From positions 5,779-69,778 of IMG/VR virus record IMGVR_UViG_3300034101_003146: 64,000 nt of DNA. One strand, written 5' to 3'. The notes beneath the pieces were generated by a model. That model made no database searches. It saw nothing but the letters and a program-made list of their open reading frames with translations, and had not been told where the DNA came from. Both the position numbers and the translations under genes were made by a program. This DNA comes from a virus. Positions within the stretch are counted from its first letter, which is position 1, and every line of letters begins with the position of its first letter. Positions 1 through 8,736 of the stretch are shown piece after piece.

Positions 1-1440
1 AGGACCTAAAAACATAAAAGAACCGATTGGTTTATTTTTGTTTTTAATACCTATTCTATTACGTTTAATAGCTTTGGTGATTTTATCAATGGCGGAATCC
101 TGACCAATAACTTTTCCTTTGATTTCTTTATCCATGGTACGGAGTTTTTCGGTTTCTGTTTGACCTACTTTAGTTACAGGTATACCTGTTACCATAGATA
201 CGACTTTTGCTACATCATCTTCTGACACAACAGGTCTTGATTTGTCCAAAGATTTTGACCATTCGTTGGTGGCGTTTTCTAACTCATCTTGTAATTTTTT
301 TTCCTCATCACGAAGTTTTGCCGCATCTTCATAACGTTGAGCTTTAACCACATCGATTTTTTGTTGACCTATTTCAGAAATTTTTTCTTCCAAATCAACG
401 ATATTTTTTGGTGGTTTGATGTGAACTTGTAGTCTCGCACCAACCTCATCCATGATATCGATAGCTTTGTCAGGTTGTTCACGGTCATTAATGTAACGGT
501 CAGCTAAATTAACACAAGCTTCAATAGCTTCAGGTGTGTAATTAACTTTGTGATGGTCTTCGTATTTATTCTTAATGTTGTTAAGAATAACCAAAGTTTC
601 ATCTTTTGACGGTGGTTCAACAAGAACCATCTGAAAACGTCTAGCTAAAGCTCCGTCTTTTTCTATGTTTTCACGGTACTCATCAAGAGTTGTGGCCCCA
701 ATACATTGAATTTCACCTCTTGCTAAAGCGGGTTTAAGAATGTTAGACGCGTCTAGTGAACCTGAAGCGTTACCAGCTCCAACCATAGTATGAATTTCAT
801 CTATGAATAAAATAACATCGTCAGTCTTCTCCAATTCCTGCATAATACCCTTCATTCTTTCTTCAAATTGTCCACGGTATTTAGTTCCGGCAACTAAGGA
901 TGCTAAATCCAAACTAACTACACGTTTATCAAAAAGAATACGAGGACATTTTCTCTCAACAATCTTAAGAGCTAACCCTTCTACAATAGCTGTTTTACCT
1001 GTATTATGACTAACAATACCGTTGGATAAGTATCTATGGTTAGTGTCTTTAACTTCAAAGTCGTAAGTGTCATGTACACCTATATTTTCTTTATCAACAA
1101 CTTCGAAATACCCATCATCAGTTTTAACTCTATCACCTAATTCAATCAAAACTAAAGGTAACCAAAAAGCTTTATCTAGTTTTTTTGTTCTATCATCAAC
1201 ATCCTCGACCATTACATAATGATCTTCTGAAGCTTTTAGGTTATAACCGTTAGATAAAACTATTTTATAACTAGTTTTACCCCTTTTCTTAATTAATGAA
1301 CCTAAATTAGAAAACCCTTCATCAGTTTCTATCTGATAAGTACCACCTTCATTTTTAACCATCTCAAAGAATTCCGATACAGTCATTTCAACCTTATCGT
1401 TTATCTCCAAACTTAATTTTTCTTTTGTGTTTTCCATCAT
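1..1440 (-). CDS. clpC: IntC-ClpC fusion: ~146-aa C-terminal split-intein fragment followed by ClpC NBD1, UVR/M-domain and start of NBD2 (runs off window; absent from ORF track)
   Basis: Manual translation from ATG 1440/1437: MMENTKEK...KASEDH (block B-like)...TYDFEV...NGIVSHN|TGKTAIVEGLA...KYRGQFEER...LFIDEIH (Walker B)...QRYEDAAKLRD (UVR)...PIGSFMFLGP at position 1. Confidence 0.93.
   Translation of the reverse strand, partial: MMENTKEKLSLEINDKVEMTVSEFFEMVKNEGGTYQIETDEGFSNLGSLIKKRGKTSYKIVLSNGYNLKASEDHYVMVEDVDDRTKKLDKAFWLPLVLIELGDRVKTDDGYFEVVDKENIGVHDTYDFEVKDTNHRYLSNGIVSHNTGKTAIVEGLALKIVERKCPRILFDKRVVSLDLASLVAGTKYRGQFEERMKGIMQELEKTDDVILFIDEIHTMVGAGNASGSLDASNILKPALARGEIQCIGATTLDEYRENIEKDGALARRFQMVLVEPPSKDETLVILNNIKNKYEDHHKVNYTPEAIEACVNLADRYINDREQPDKAIDIMDEVGARLQVHIKPPKNIVDLEEKISEIGQQKIDVVKAQRYEDAAKLRDEEKKLQDELENATNEWSKSLDKSRPVVSEDDVAKVVSMVTGIPVTKVGQTETEKLRTMDKEIKGKVIGQDSAIDKITKAIKRNRIGIKNKNKPIGSFMFLGP
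1003..1440 (-). mobile_element. Split intein C-fragment (IntC), ends His-Asn, +1 residue Thr
   Basis: Block F/G-like YDFEV..NHRYLSNGIVSHN followed by T-GKT; AAT codon at 1005-1003, ACA codon at 1002-1000. Confidence 0.92.
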
Positions 1441-2585
1441 ATTATTTGTTTAATATCCTCAATTATTTTTTTATAATCAGTATTATGTATTAAATTTAGT
1501 TTATTTTCTTTACAAAATAAAACTTTTTTAAACATTTTTTCTTCATATTCTTTAAGTACTTTATTTGATACCCAATTACTATTTTTTACTAAACCAAAGT
1601 ACTCTATATATAAATCATATTTAGGTAAATAAAAATCGTACCTAAAACTACTATTAGGGTATCTATTATTATGTATGAAACCTACCTTATTTTCAGTTAA
1701 AAACACCCCAATCTCTAATTCACCGTTACTATTAAACAAATGTTCGTTATATACCCAAAAATTAGAAAACTTTGTTTGTATAACACCTAATTTATTTAAT
1801 ATGGTAATTTTTATAGTATTACTGTCAACTTTAAAAAATTTTTGTAAAACCTTAGAATTACATATAAACAATATATCTGTAACACTTTTAATATCTAAGT
1901 TGTTTTTTACATATTCACCTAATTCATCTAATGTGTTGCATCTTTCTAAAAGAGAAAGTAATGCGTTACGGTTATCTTCGGTATAGGAAAGTTTATTTAA
2001 ACAATTGATAACCCAATCGTCTTTAAATTTATTAGTAAAAAATTCAAAACTAGAACTATCACGGTTTACTTCACCTTTAAATTTTGATAGTGAATTTATC
2101 CACTTTTGTTGTCTATCGTTAAATTTTTTTAAACCTAACTCTTGTCCGTATTTTTCAATACATTTTTCTTTTGAAAATGTTGTTTGTGTTTCTTTAACCT
2201 TAAGTTTGGATTCCTCTACAGAAAAACCCTTATTCAACCAATAATCTAAATTAGATGGTAACAATCTTTTGTTACAATCAACTTTTTTAGCTGATGAAGT
2301 TTGTAATTTACTAACAAGTTTATCAGCCTCCTCTAATGTATAACCTCTACATAACCAAAAATTAATGTTTCTATTACTTTCACCACCTAAAAATTCTTTT
2401 AGAAAAGTTTTAACACCTTTATAGGTAATGGTTTTAGTGTTTAAAATCTTATTCAGTATTTTAGGGTAATATTCTTCGTTAAAAGAGATAAAATTGTTAT
2501 AAAACTTTTGATTAGTAACAAAATTTTCCATATCCTGTACAGAATTTATATCTTTTACAACTTTTTTACGATAAGTTATTAACAT
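1437..2585 (-). CDS. Free-standing homing-endonuclease-like protein (C-terminal PD-(D/E)xK domain) between the two clpC halves
   Basis: Repeated FWLxRGYTLEEA / YWLNKGFSVEES motifs; C-terminal SNGELEI...RYDFYLPKYDLYIEYFG; position between IntN and IntC. Confidence 0.75.
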   Translation of the reverse strand: MLITYRKKVVKDINSVQDMENFVTNQKFYNNFISFNEEYYPKILNKILNTKTITYKGVKTFLKEFLGGESNRNINFWLCRGYTLEEADKLVSKLQTSSAKKVDCNKRLLPSNLDYWLNKGFSVEESKLKVKETQTTFSKEKCIEKYGQELGLKKFNDRQQKWINSLSKFKGEVNRDSSSFEFFTNKFKDDWVINCLNKLSYTEDNRNALLSLLERCNTLDELGEYVKNNLDIKSVTDILFICNSKVLQKFFKVDSNTIKITILNKLGVIQTKFSNFWVYNEHLFNSNGELEIGVFLTENKVGFIHNNRYPNSSFRYDFYLPKYDLYIEYFGLVKNSNWVSNKVLKEYEEKMFKKVLFCKENKLNLIHNTDYKKIIEDIKQII

Positions 2586-2596
2586 AATAAAATAAA

Positions 2597-2624
2597 ACTG
2601 GTGTTTCTATTTACGGACACCAGT
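2597..2624 (-). promoter_or_regulatory. 8-bp hairpin followed by U-rich tract upstream of the endonuclease start (attenuator/translational control candidate)
   Basis: ACTGGTGT...ACACCAGT inverted repeat, then TTTATTTTATT on the minus strand; ATATTTAT motif immediately upstream at 2639-2630. Confidence 0.5.
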
Positions 2625-2638
2625 CTTACTATAAATAT

Positions 2639-3400
2639 CTATTTATCTATAAAAGTGTGGGTTGATAAATCAGATACTTTTTTAACCCTAATAACCGTAT
2701 CACCCAATACACATCCTGGTTCTCCAATTAAAATTGGGTTGTTCTTTTTACGTCTTGAAAGAATTTGCGAAACCCTTTCAATTTCATCAGATCTACCAAT
2801 AATTGGATCTATTTGACCGTCAGAGGCCAATTTAGTAATATCCCTACCAAAGTTATCTAGGATAGGTGTTGTTGACTTACCTTGTGAAGCTTTTTTAGCT
2901 TTTTTACCGTAGTCTTCAATTTCTTCAAAATCTCCTGTCATATTAATTATTTTTTGTTCTTTCAAATTTAATAAAGTTTCTTTAAAAGTTCTATAGGTTA
3001 TACCCTGATTTCCTAAAACTTTTGTTCCATCTAATGTACGATTTTTTAATATAGATAAAACAATATGTTCAACATTTATTGTATCATCTCTTAATTTATC
3101 GGATTCCAACTCGGCTGAACTTAAAGCGTGTTTGGAGGATTCACTTAAGGGAACTATTTTTATTTCTACAATATTAGGGTTTTTTATTTTAAGTCTCAAG
3201 TAGCCTTCCAATTTTTCCATTAAATCTGTTACATCTGAACCCATTTCTTTAAAAACATCAACAGCACCGTTTTCTTTATCATTAAAAATGGCTAATAATA
3301 TATGTTCAGGTTTAATTTTGGCGTCATTAAGTCTAATTGATTCCTTAAAAGCACTTTTAAGAATACCTTTTAATTTAGGTGTCATTTTTTTCATTATCAA
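2639..3400 (-). CDS. clpC: ClpC N-terminal half (Clp N-domain repeats, start of NBD1) fused to 24-aa split intein N-fragment
   Basis: EHILLAI / EHIVLSIL Clp-N repeats; [37 protein letters not shown] then CVLGDTVI...stop. Confidence 0.93.
   Translation of the reverse strand: MIMKKMTPKLKGILKSAFKESIRLNDAKIKPEHILLAIFNDKENGAVDVFKEMGSDVTDLMEKLEGYLRLKIKNPNIVEIKIVPLSESSKHALSSAELESDKLRDDTINVEHIVLSILKNRTLDGTKVLGNQGITYRTFKETLLNLKEQKIINMTGDFEEIEDYGKKAKKASQGKSTTPILDNFGRDITKLASDGQIDPIIGRSDEIERVSQILSRRKKNNPILIGEPGCVLGDTVIRVKKVSDLSTHTFIDK
2642..2713 (-). mobile_element. Split intein N-fragment (IntN, 24 aa [24 protein letters not shown])
   Basis: Block A-like C-V-x-G-D-T-x-I directly after the Walker A half GEPG. 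Confidence 0.9.
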
Positions 3401-3520
3401 TCAATTTTATTTCTTGATTAATATATTTAAAAATAAATAAAAGGAAAGTTTTATATATAAGGTCTATAAATACTATCCTTTTTGGGATAAATTCATTAAG
3501 TTTTATAAAAAATTAATATT

Positions 3521-3727
3521 ATGGTCTATAAAAAAGTTACAATTTGGTTTAAAACAGACCCTACAGCTAGGGAATTTGACACGTCAGTTATTGCAAATGA
3601 TTATGATAAAGTTTCTGTTACAATTTCTGGTGATTATTTAATTCTATCACTACACAGTGAAGAAAGTGTTACAACAGAGGTACATCATTTAAGTACCATA
3701 AAAAATTGGATTACATATATGAGTTAA
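3521..3727 (+). CDS. Hypothetical protein
   Basis: 68-aa ORF starting a co-oriented gene run. Confidence 0.65.
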   Translation: MVYKKVTIWFKTDPTAREFDTSVIANDYDKVSVTISGDYLILSLHSEESVTTEVHHLSTIKNWITYMS

Positions 3728-3728
3728 T

Positions 3729-4031
3729 ATGTTTATAGAGAGAAAAGAAAACGAAAACGGTGTAATTTCTTGTTTATTTAAATCATCAAATATTTTGGCG
3801 TCTGATTATAATAAAGATAAAAAAGAATTAGTTGTTACATTTAATGCAGGACGTAGATACACATATTCAAACGTAGATCCTAAAGATTATCATAGGTTTG
3901 AAATGGCTGAAAGTCAGGGTGAAATGTTTAATAAACATATTAAAAAATACCCTACAGTGAAAAATCCAGATGTAGACCCATCCGAATTGTTAAATAAAGT
4001 AAATCAGATTATAAATGAAATTAAAAAATAA
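3729..4031 (+). CDS. KTSC-domain protein
   Basis: SSNI..SDY....KELVVTFNAGRRYTYSNV....Y..F..AESQG..FNKHIK pattern. Confidence 0.85.
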   Translation: MFIERKENENGVISCLFKSSNILASDYNKDKKELVVTFNAGRRYTYSNVDPKDYHRFEMAESQGEMFNKHIKKYPTVKNPDVDPSELLNKVNQIINEIKK

Positions 4032-4203
4032 ATATAGGGAAATCAAAACAGGTTTTATTTTTAAGGTTATCAATTTCACCATTACTTTAGACGGTATTGT
4101 TGATAGGTTACATTTAAAACGTATTGATACTGAAGACGTTTTAGAGGTGGGTGAAGATAGATTTCAGAGAAACTTTATAAATTTAAATGACGAAAAAGGT
4201 TAA
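4015..4203 (+). CDS. Hypothetical protein
   Basis: 62-aa ORF overlapping the upstream stop. Confidence 0.55.
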   Translation: MKLKNKYREIKTGFIFKVINFTITLDGIVDRLHLKRIDTEDVLEVGEDRFQRNFINLNDEKG

Positions 4204-4262
4204 ATCATAGAAAGTAAATTAACAGAAACACAATCAAATAATCTTTAATCAATTAAAAATTT

Positions 4263-4565
4263 ATGTTTTCATCAAATCATCCTTGGATAATGATATTAGG
4301 AATATTTACTTCCTTAATTTTTATTGTGGGTAGTGCGTATTTTGTATATCAAATGTTCGCTAAAAACACGAAGGAAATCTTAGTAAGATTTATACTCGTT
4401 GTGTTTACATCCCTTGTTGCACTTTTTATTGTCGATAAAACAATTGCTTGGAAGGTTTCATTATTGACAATAGAACAGAGTAATCAATTATTTGATTTAA
4501 TAAGAACTTTAGTCTTAATGATATTTTCTTATTATTTTGGTACTAAAGAAGCGAAACAAGAATAG
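4263..4565 (+). CDS. Small membrane protein (about 3 TM)
   Basis: Three hydrophobic stretches; ends SYYFGTK. Confidence 0.65.
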   Translation: MFSSNHPWIMILGIFTSLIFIVGSAYFVYQMFAKNTKEILVRFILVVFTSLVALFIVDKTIAWKVSLLTIEQSNQLFDLIRTLVLMIFSYYFGTKEAKQE

Positions 4566-4599
4566 TTAAAATACATTATAGTTTATAAAAAATAAAGTT

Positions 4600-4902
4600 A
4601 TGAAAAAATTATTAATCATTACATCCATGTTATTAACCGGATGTGTAACTCTTAAAAAATACGATACTACTGGATTTTCAACGAGAGGACATTATATATT
4701 ATATAATTCAGATACCGTGGCGAAATTAAGTAATATTGAATATTCTTTAGACGGCGGAAAATTTGTTAAGGAAATGACATTTAAATTACTTGATATGAGA
4801 TATGGTGAAAATGTAGAAAATATGATTTACTATATACATAAAAAGAAATCTGAATGGGAAATTGAAATTGATTATCCTGTAGAAAATTACAAATTTGATT
4901 AA
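4600..4902 (+). CDS. Putative lipoprotein
   Basis: Signal peptide with lipobox MKKLLIITSMLLTG-C. Confidence 0.75.
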   Translation: MKKLLIITSMLLTGCVTLKKYDTTGFSTRGHYILYNSDTVAKLSNIEYSLDGGKFVKEMTFKLLDMRYGENVENMIYYIHKKKSEWEIEIDYPVENYKFD

Positions 4903-4924
4903 ATGAATAAGGAGGTTTTATATT

Positions 4925-5257
4925 ATGAGTAAAGAACGATATAATAAGATTATTGATGAAGTATATTCTAGGTATGAAAAAAATTTTTTAGGTCATGAAG
5001 ATATACCTAATAAACAATTATTTTTATTACAATGTGAGGTGGATAAAAAATTCTCTGATAGATGGGGATTGAGGATTGAGGAACGTGAGTTGAGTATTGT
5101 TGAACGATTAGATATAGTGACAAAAACATACGGTTCAGTATTTGATCCATTTGATTTTATTGAAGTTTCACATAAAGAAATTGATGAATTATATCCAGTC
5201 CCGTTTAAAGAAATTGTATTATTTTATAAGGGAGAAGAAATTAAAGTTTATGAATAA
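4925..5257 (+). CDS. Hypothetical protein
   Basis: 110-aa ORF in operon context. Confidence 0.65.
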   Translation: MSKERYNKIIDEVYSRYEKNFLGHEDIPNKQLFLLQCEVDKKFSDRWGLRIEERELSIVERLDIVTKTYGSVFDPFDFIEVSHKEIDELYPVPFKEIVLFYKGEEIKVYE

Positions 5258-5277
5258 ATTAGATAGATTAAATAAAA

Positions 5278-6339
5278 ATGAACACATTAGATAAACAATA
5301 CACAGACCTACTCCAAGACATATTAGATAATGGTGTTGAAAAAGATACACGTAACGGAAAAGTAATATCAGTATTTGGAAGACAAATACGTCATAAAATG
5401 AGTGACGGATTTCCACTTCTTACAACTAAAAAAATGGCTTGGAAACAAATTGTAACTGAATTATTATGGTTTTTAAGAGGAGATACCAACATTAAGTTTT
5501 TAGTTGACAATGGTTGTCATATTTGGGATGGTGATGCGTATAAGAGATATTGGTTTAATTGGAAACCTATGTTAGAAGATTGTGGTGAGGATTTAACTCC
5601 ACACACACAAGAAGAGTTTATCAATCGTATCAAAACAGATGATGAGTTTGCTAAGAAGTGGGGTGAACTCGGACCCGTGTATGGGAAACAGTGGAGAGAT
5701 TGGACTGCAAATCCTAACCACACTTGGGGTGTAGACCAAATCGCAAACCTAATCAACGACCTTAAAACAAATCCTGATTCAAGGAGACTAATGGTTTCAG
5801 CTTGGAATGTAGGAGAATTGGATTCAATGGTTCTTCCACCTTGTCATTATGGATTTCAAGTTTATACAAGAGAGTTGAGTTTAACTGAAAGATATGAATT
5901 GACAGGGATTTTCGGTAAAGAAAAATTACCAGGAGAACCTTCATATACAGAAGAACAACAACACTCTTTGTTAGATGAATTAGTACCTAAACGAGCAATC
6001 TCTTTAATGTACAACGCCAGAAGTCAAGACGTTCCGTTGGGAACTCCATTCAATATATCATCCTACGCATTATTATTAGAGATAATCGCTAAGATGGTTA
6101 ATATGGTTCCTGATGAATTGATTAGTAATATGGGTGATTGTCACGTCTATCTAAACCAAATCGATGGAATTAAAGAACAATTAACAAGAGAACCTTTTGA
6201 GTTACCGAAATTAGTTATTTCTAATCAAGTTTATTTTAACGAAGGTATTGACGAATTTTTGAATAGTTGTTTAATAACCGATTTTCAAATTGAGGGTTAT
6301 CAAAGTCATCCAACAATAAAATTCCCACTTTCTAATTAA
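5278..6339 (+). CDS. thyA: Thymidylate synthase
   Basis: FPLLTTKK, ELLWFLRG, LGPVYGKQWR, DSRR, LPPCH, RSQDVPLGTPFN motifs. Confidence 0.97.
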   Translation: MNTLDKQYTDLLQDILDNGVEKDTRNGKVISVFGRQIRHKMSDGFPLLTTKKMAWKQIVTELLWFLRGDTNIKFLVDNGCHIWDGDAYKRYWFNWKPMLEDCGEDLTPHTQEEFINRIKTDDEFAKKWGELGPVYGKQWRDWTANPNHTWGVDQIANLINDLKTNPDSRRLMVSAWNVGELDSMVLPPCHYGFQVYTRELSLTERYELTGIFGKEKLPGEPSYTEEQQHSLLDELVPKRAISLMYNARSQDVPLGTPFNISSYALLLEIIAKMVNMVPDELISNMGDCHVYLNQIDGIKEQLTREPFELPKLVISNQVYFNEGIDEFLNSCLITDFQIEGYQSHPTIKFPLSN

Positions 6340-6369
6340 TTTTAATTGTATGTTTAAAAGTTATATAAA

Positions 6370-6819
6370 ATGGAATTAGTTACTACTTACATTTGTAAAC
6401 AATCCGATATTGGAGTACACGCCAACATGTTTGGTGGTACTATATTAGGATTAGTTGATCAATCGGCTGGAGCATATGCCTCGCAAATTTGTGATACCCC
6501 AAGGATGATTACGGTTAAGATTGATGAATTGATATTTGAAAAACCTATTAGAATATCAAATATTGTTAAGATATATTGTAAGGTACAAGAATTTGGTAAT
6601 ACATCTGTAACATTATATGTTGAAGTACGAAAACATAATGTTAGAACGGGAGTTCAAGATTTAATTTTACATACAAAAATTAAATTTGTACATGTAGATG
6701 AAGAAGGTATTCCATTACCAATACCGGAACGTATTAAATCGCGTTATCATAACCGATTAGAAAAATTTAATAAAGGTTTATTGAGTGATGAAGAACGATT
6801 ATTGGAAAAAAAAGTTTAA
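6370..6819 (+). CDS. Acyl-CoA thioesterase (hotdog fold, YciA-like)
   Basis: D.GVHANMFGG..L..VD...; GNTSV; FVHVDEEG.P. Confidence 0.85.
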   Translation: MELVTTYICKQSDIGVHANMFGGTILGLVDQSAGAYASQICDTPRMITVKIDELIFEKPIRISNIVKIYCKVQEFGNTSVTLYVEVRKHNVRTGVQDLILHTKIKFVHVDEEGIPLPIPERIKSRYHNRLEKFNKGLLSDEERLLEKKV

Positions 6820-7152
6820 CTATATTTGTCGATAAACTTTAACATCGTAAACAGATAAACAAGGTTTATCTTCGGCGGTAACTTCAGATTTTGTTTTATA
6901 CACAAAAACAGGTCCTTCTGTATATGTAATGTAACGAAGATTTTTAGTTTCATCATCATAACCTAAAAACATAACTCTAATATCTTCATAACCGTACTCA
7001 CTTAATATTTTTTTAACCAAATACTTTAAATCCTCACCAGTACAGGTTATAGCGTCCAATCTAGACGCAATATCTTCAACATTAAAGTCATTAATACGAG
7101 CTTCAATTAACTTTTTTATTTGACTTTCTTTTAAAATTATCTTCTTTGCCAT
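6820..7152 (-). CDS. Hypothetical protein with shared N-terminal leader (possible head protein)
   Basis: MAKKIILKESQIKKLIE leader; ATATTTAT motif upstream. Confidence 0.65.
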   Translation of the reverse strand: MAKKIILKESQIKKLIEARINDFNVEDIASRLDAITCTGEDLKYLVKKILSEYGYEDIRVMFLGYDDETKNLRYITYTEGPVFVYKTKSEVTAEDKPCLSVYDVKVYRQI

Positions 7153-7160
7153 TCTATTTT

Positions 7161-7183
7161 AATAAATATCTGGGATATTTATA
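7161..7183. promoter_or_regulatory. Back-to-back divergent GATATTTAT motifs (candidate late promoters)
   Basis: ATAAATATC-TGG-GATATTTAT between divergent genes 7152(-) and 7191(+). Confidence 0.6.
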
Positions 7184-7190
7184 ATGTAGC

Positions 7191-8414
7191 ATGAAATCAA
7201 AAGTAAAAATAAAAGAAGTAAAGAAAATTACTAAAAGTGATAGAACTATCGACTTAACTGGTTTTAAAATGCAAGACCATCTTAACCCTAAAATATGGGG
7301 TGATAACCAAAAACTACGTCCTGAAATTAAAAAAAATTTACTTAAAATCGCTGATGATTATTTTGAAGGTTTAGAACTTGAGGGGGTTGATATTGATGAT
7401 ATAACATTTACCGGTAGTTTAGCTAATTACAATTGGTCACAATACTCCGATGTAGATTTACACATATTAATAGATTATAAAGAAGTACCTGTGGACGAAA
7501 ATTTAGTACAAGACTTTTTAAAAACTAAAAGTACTTCTTGGAATAATAACCACGATATAAAAATATATGGTTATGACGTTGAATTATATGTTCAGGATAT
7601 TTCCGAAGAACATGTTTCAACAGGTGTTTATTCTATATTATATGATAAATGGTTAACACAACCAAGTAGAAAAAAAATTACTGTTGATAATATAAACGTA
7701 AAATTAAAATCTAATCGTATAATGGATTCTATTGATGACTTATACGATGAAATGAAAGATGAAAAAAATTACGATACTGTAGTAAAAAAGGCTGACAAGA
7801 TTAAAGATAAGATAAAGAAGATGCGTCAAGCTGGTTTAGATGAGGTTGGTGAATTTTCGGTTGAGAATATGGTTTTTAAAGTTTTAAGACGTAATGGTAT
7901 GTTAGAAAGATTATCAGATATTAAAACTGTGGCTTATGATAAATCTGTTTCATTATCGGAATCATTAAAAGAAAGTTTTGGTGATTTTAATTGGGTTGAT
8001 GAAATTCCAGAACTATCACCGTGTGAACAATTCATACTTGATAAATTATCGGAATGTGAATTGGTAGGATTAAAAAAACGACCTGGATGGACAAAATATG
8101 TTAATAAAAATGGTGATTTTTTATTCCTAGATAATATCAATACTGGTACCGATAAACCAATTTTATACGCAGATTATGATAAAATTTGGTTAAAATGTAA
8201 GGAAATGGGGGTTTCTTATGAAGAATTTCAGAAAATTTGTAAGCATATGTTGTATGAAACCCATGAACGAAAGGTATCTACAGCCTTTTGGTCTGATGTA
8301 TCTTTTTTATTACCGTTGTATGAAACCCATGAACGAAAGGTATCTACAGCTGAAATATTTGACGCTTTAAATAATGATAAGTTGTATGAAGTCCATAAAC
8401 GAAAGGGAAAATAA
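7191..8414 (+). CDS. Pol-beta-superfamily nucleotidyltransferase (aa 1-~255) fused to an unknown C-terminal module ending in a translated CRISPR-like array
   Basis: TGSLANYNW...SDVDLH (GS + DxD) and VELYVQD; junction SLKE|SFGDFNWVD; LYETHERKVSTA repeats. Confidence 0.8.
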   Translation: MKSKVKIKEVKKITKSDRTIDLTGFKMQDHLNPKIWGDNQKLRPEIKKNLLKIADDYFEGLELEGVDIDDITFTGSLANYNWSQYSDVDLHILIDYKEVPVDENLVQDFLKTKSTSWNNNHDIKIYGYDVELYVQDISEEHVSTGVYSILYDKWLTQPSRKKITVDNINVKLKSNRIMDSIDDLYDEMKDEKNYDTVVKKADKIKDKIKKMRQAGLDEVGEFSVENMVFKVLRRNGMLERLSDIKTVAYDKSVSLSESLKESFGDFNWVDEIPELSPCEQFILDKLSECELVGLKKRPGWTKYVNKNGDFLFLDNINTGTDKPILYADYDKIWLKCKEMGVSYEEFQKICKHMLYETHERKVSTAFWSDVSFLLPLYETHERKVSTAEIFDALNNDKLYEVHKRKGK

Positions 8415-8416
8415 AT
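8249..8416 (+). CRISPR. CRISPR-like mini-array: 2 identical 36-nt repeats, 1 degenerate repeat, 2 unique 30-nt spacers; type VI-B-like
   Basis: Repeat GTTGTATGAAACCCATGAACGAAAGGTATCTACAGC at 8249-8284 and 8315-8350; degenerate copy from 8381 (23 of first 26 nt match); spacers 8285-8314 and 8351-8380; terminal pairing GTTGTA/TACAGC. Confidence 0.8.
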
Positions 8417-8463
8417 ATAATTTAGTAAAATAACAGATATTTATATAAAAATAAAATTTAACA

Positions 8464-8733
8464 ATGACAGGAGATATTATACACTCATTGGCTAATAGTG
8501 ATTTTGATGATTACTATTATTTTGCCGTATTAATACCTAATGGTGTTGTTTGTAGTATTTACGGACAAACTTTACCATCTATGGCAGCACCAATAACGGT
8601 TAATGTTGGTATTACACAAAAATCTAATGTAACTGGTAGTGTGTTTTTAATCGGTAGAAAAAAACCAGAATATATGGCAGATTTATTATCTAACGATCCA
8701 GGTAATGCTGACGGAACTTATTCAATAAGATAG
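8464..8733 (+). CDS. Hypothetical protein
   Basis: 89-aa ORF after GATATTTATA motif (8436-8445). Confidence 0.65.
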   Translation: MTGDIIHSLANSDFDDYYYFAVLIPNGVVCSIYGQTLPSMAAPITVNVGITQKSNVTGSVFLIGRKKPEYMADLLSNDPGNADGTYSIR

Positions 8734-8736
8734 ACT

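Noticed and set aside
1437-2639. Group I intron interrupting clpC
   Set aside because: Only ~50 nt is non-coding, too little for a ribozyme core; intein motifs explain both junctions
803-2816. Plus-strand short ORFs over clpC and the endonuclease
   Set aside because: Antisense to clearly recognisable minus-strand genes
7191-7960. Nucleotidyltransferase as a Cas or CBASS cyclase
   Set aside because: Only generic Pol-beta motifs are visible; no Cas1/Cas13 motifs or adjacent CBASS effector genes recognised
8249-8416. Diversity-generating retroelement repeat pair, or self-targeting spacers
   Set aside because: No adenine-specific mismatch pattern and no reverse transcriptase in the window; no spacer match found by eye in the window (not an exhaustive search)
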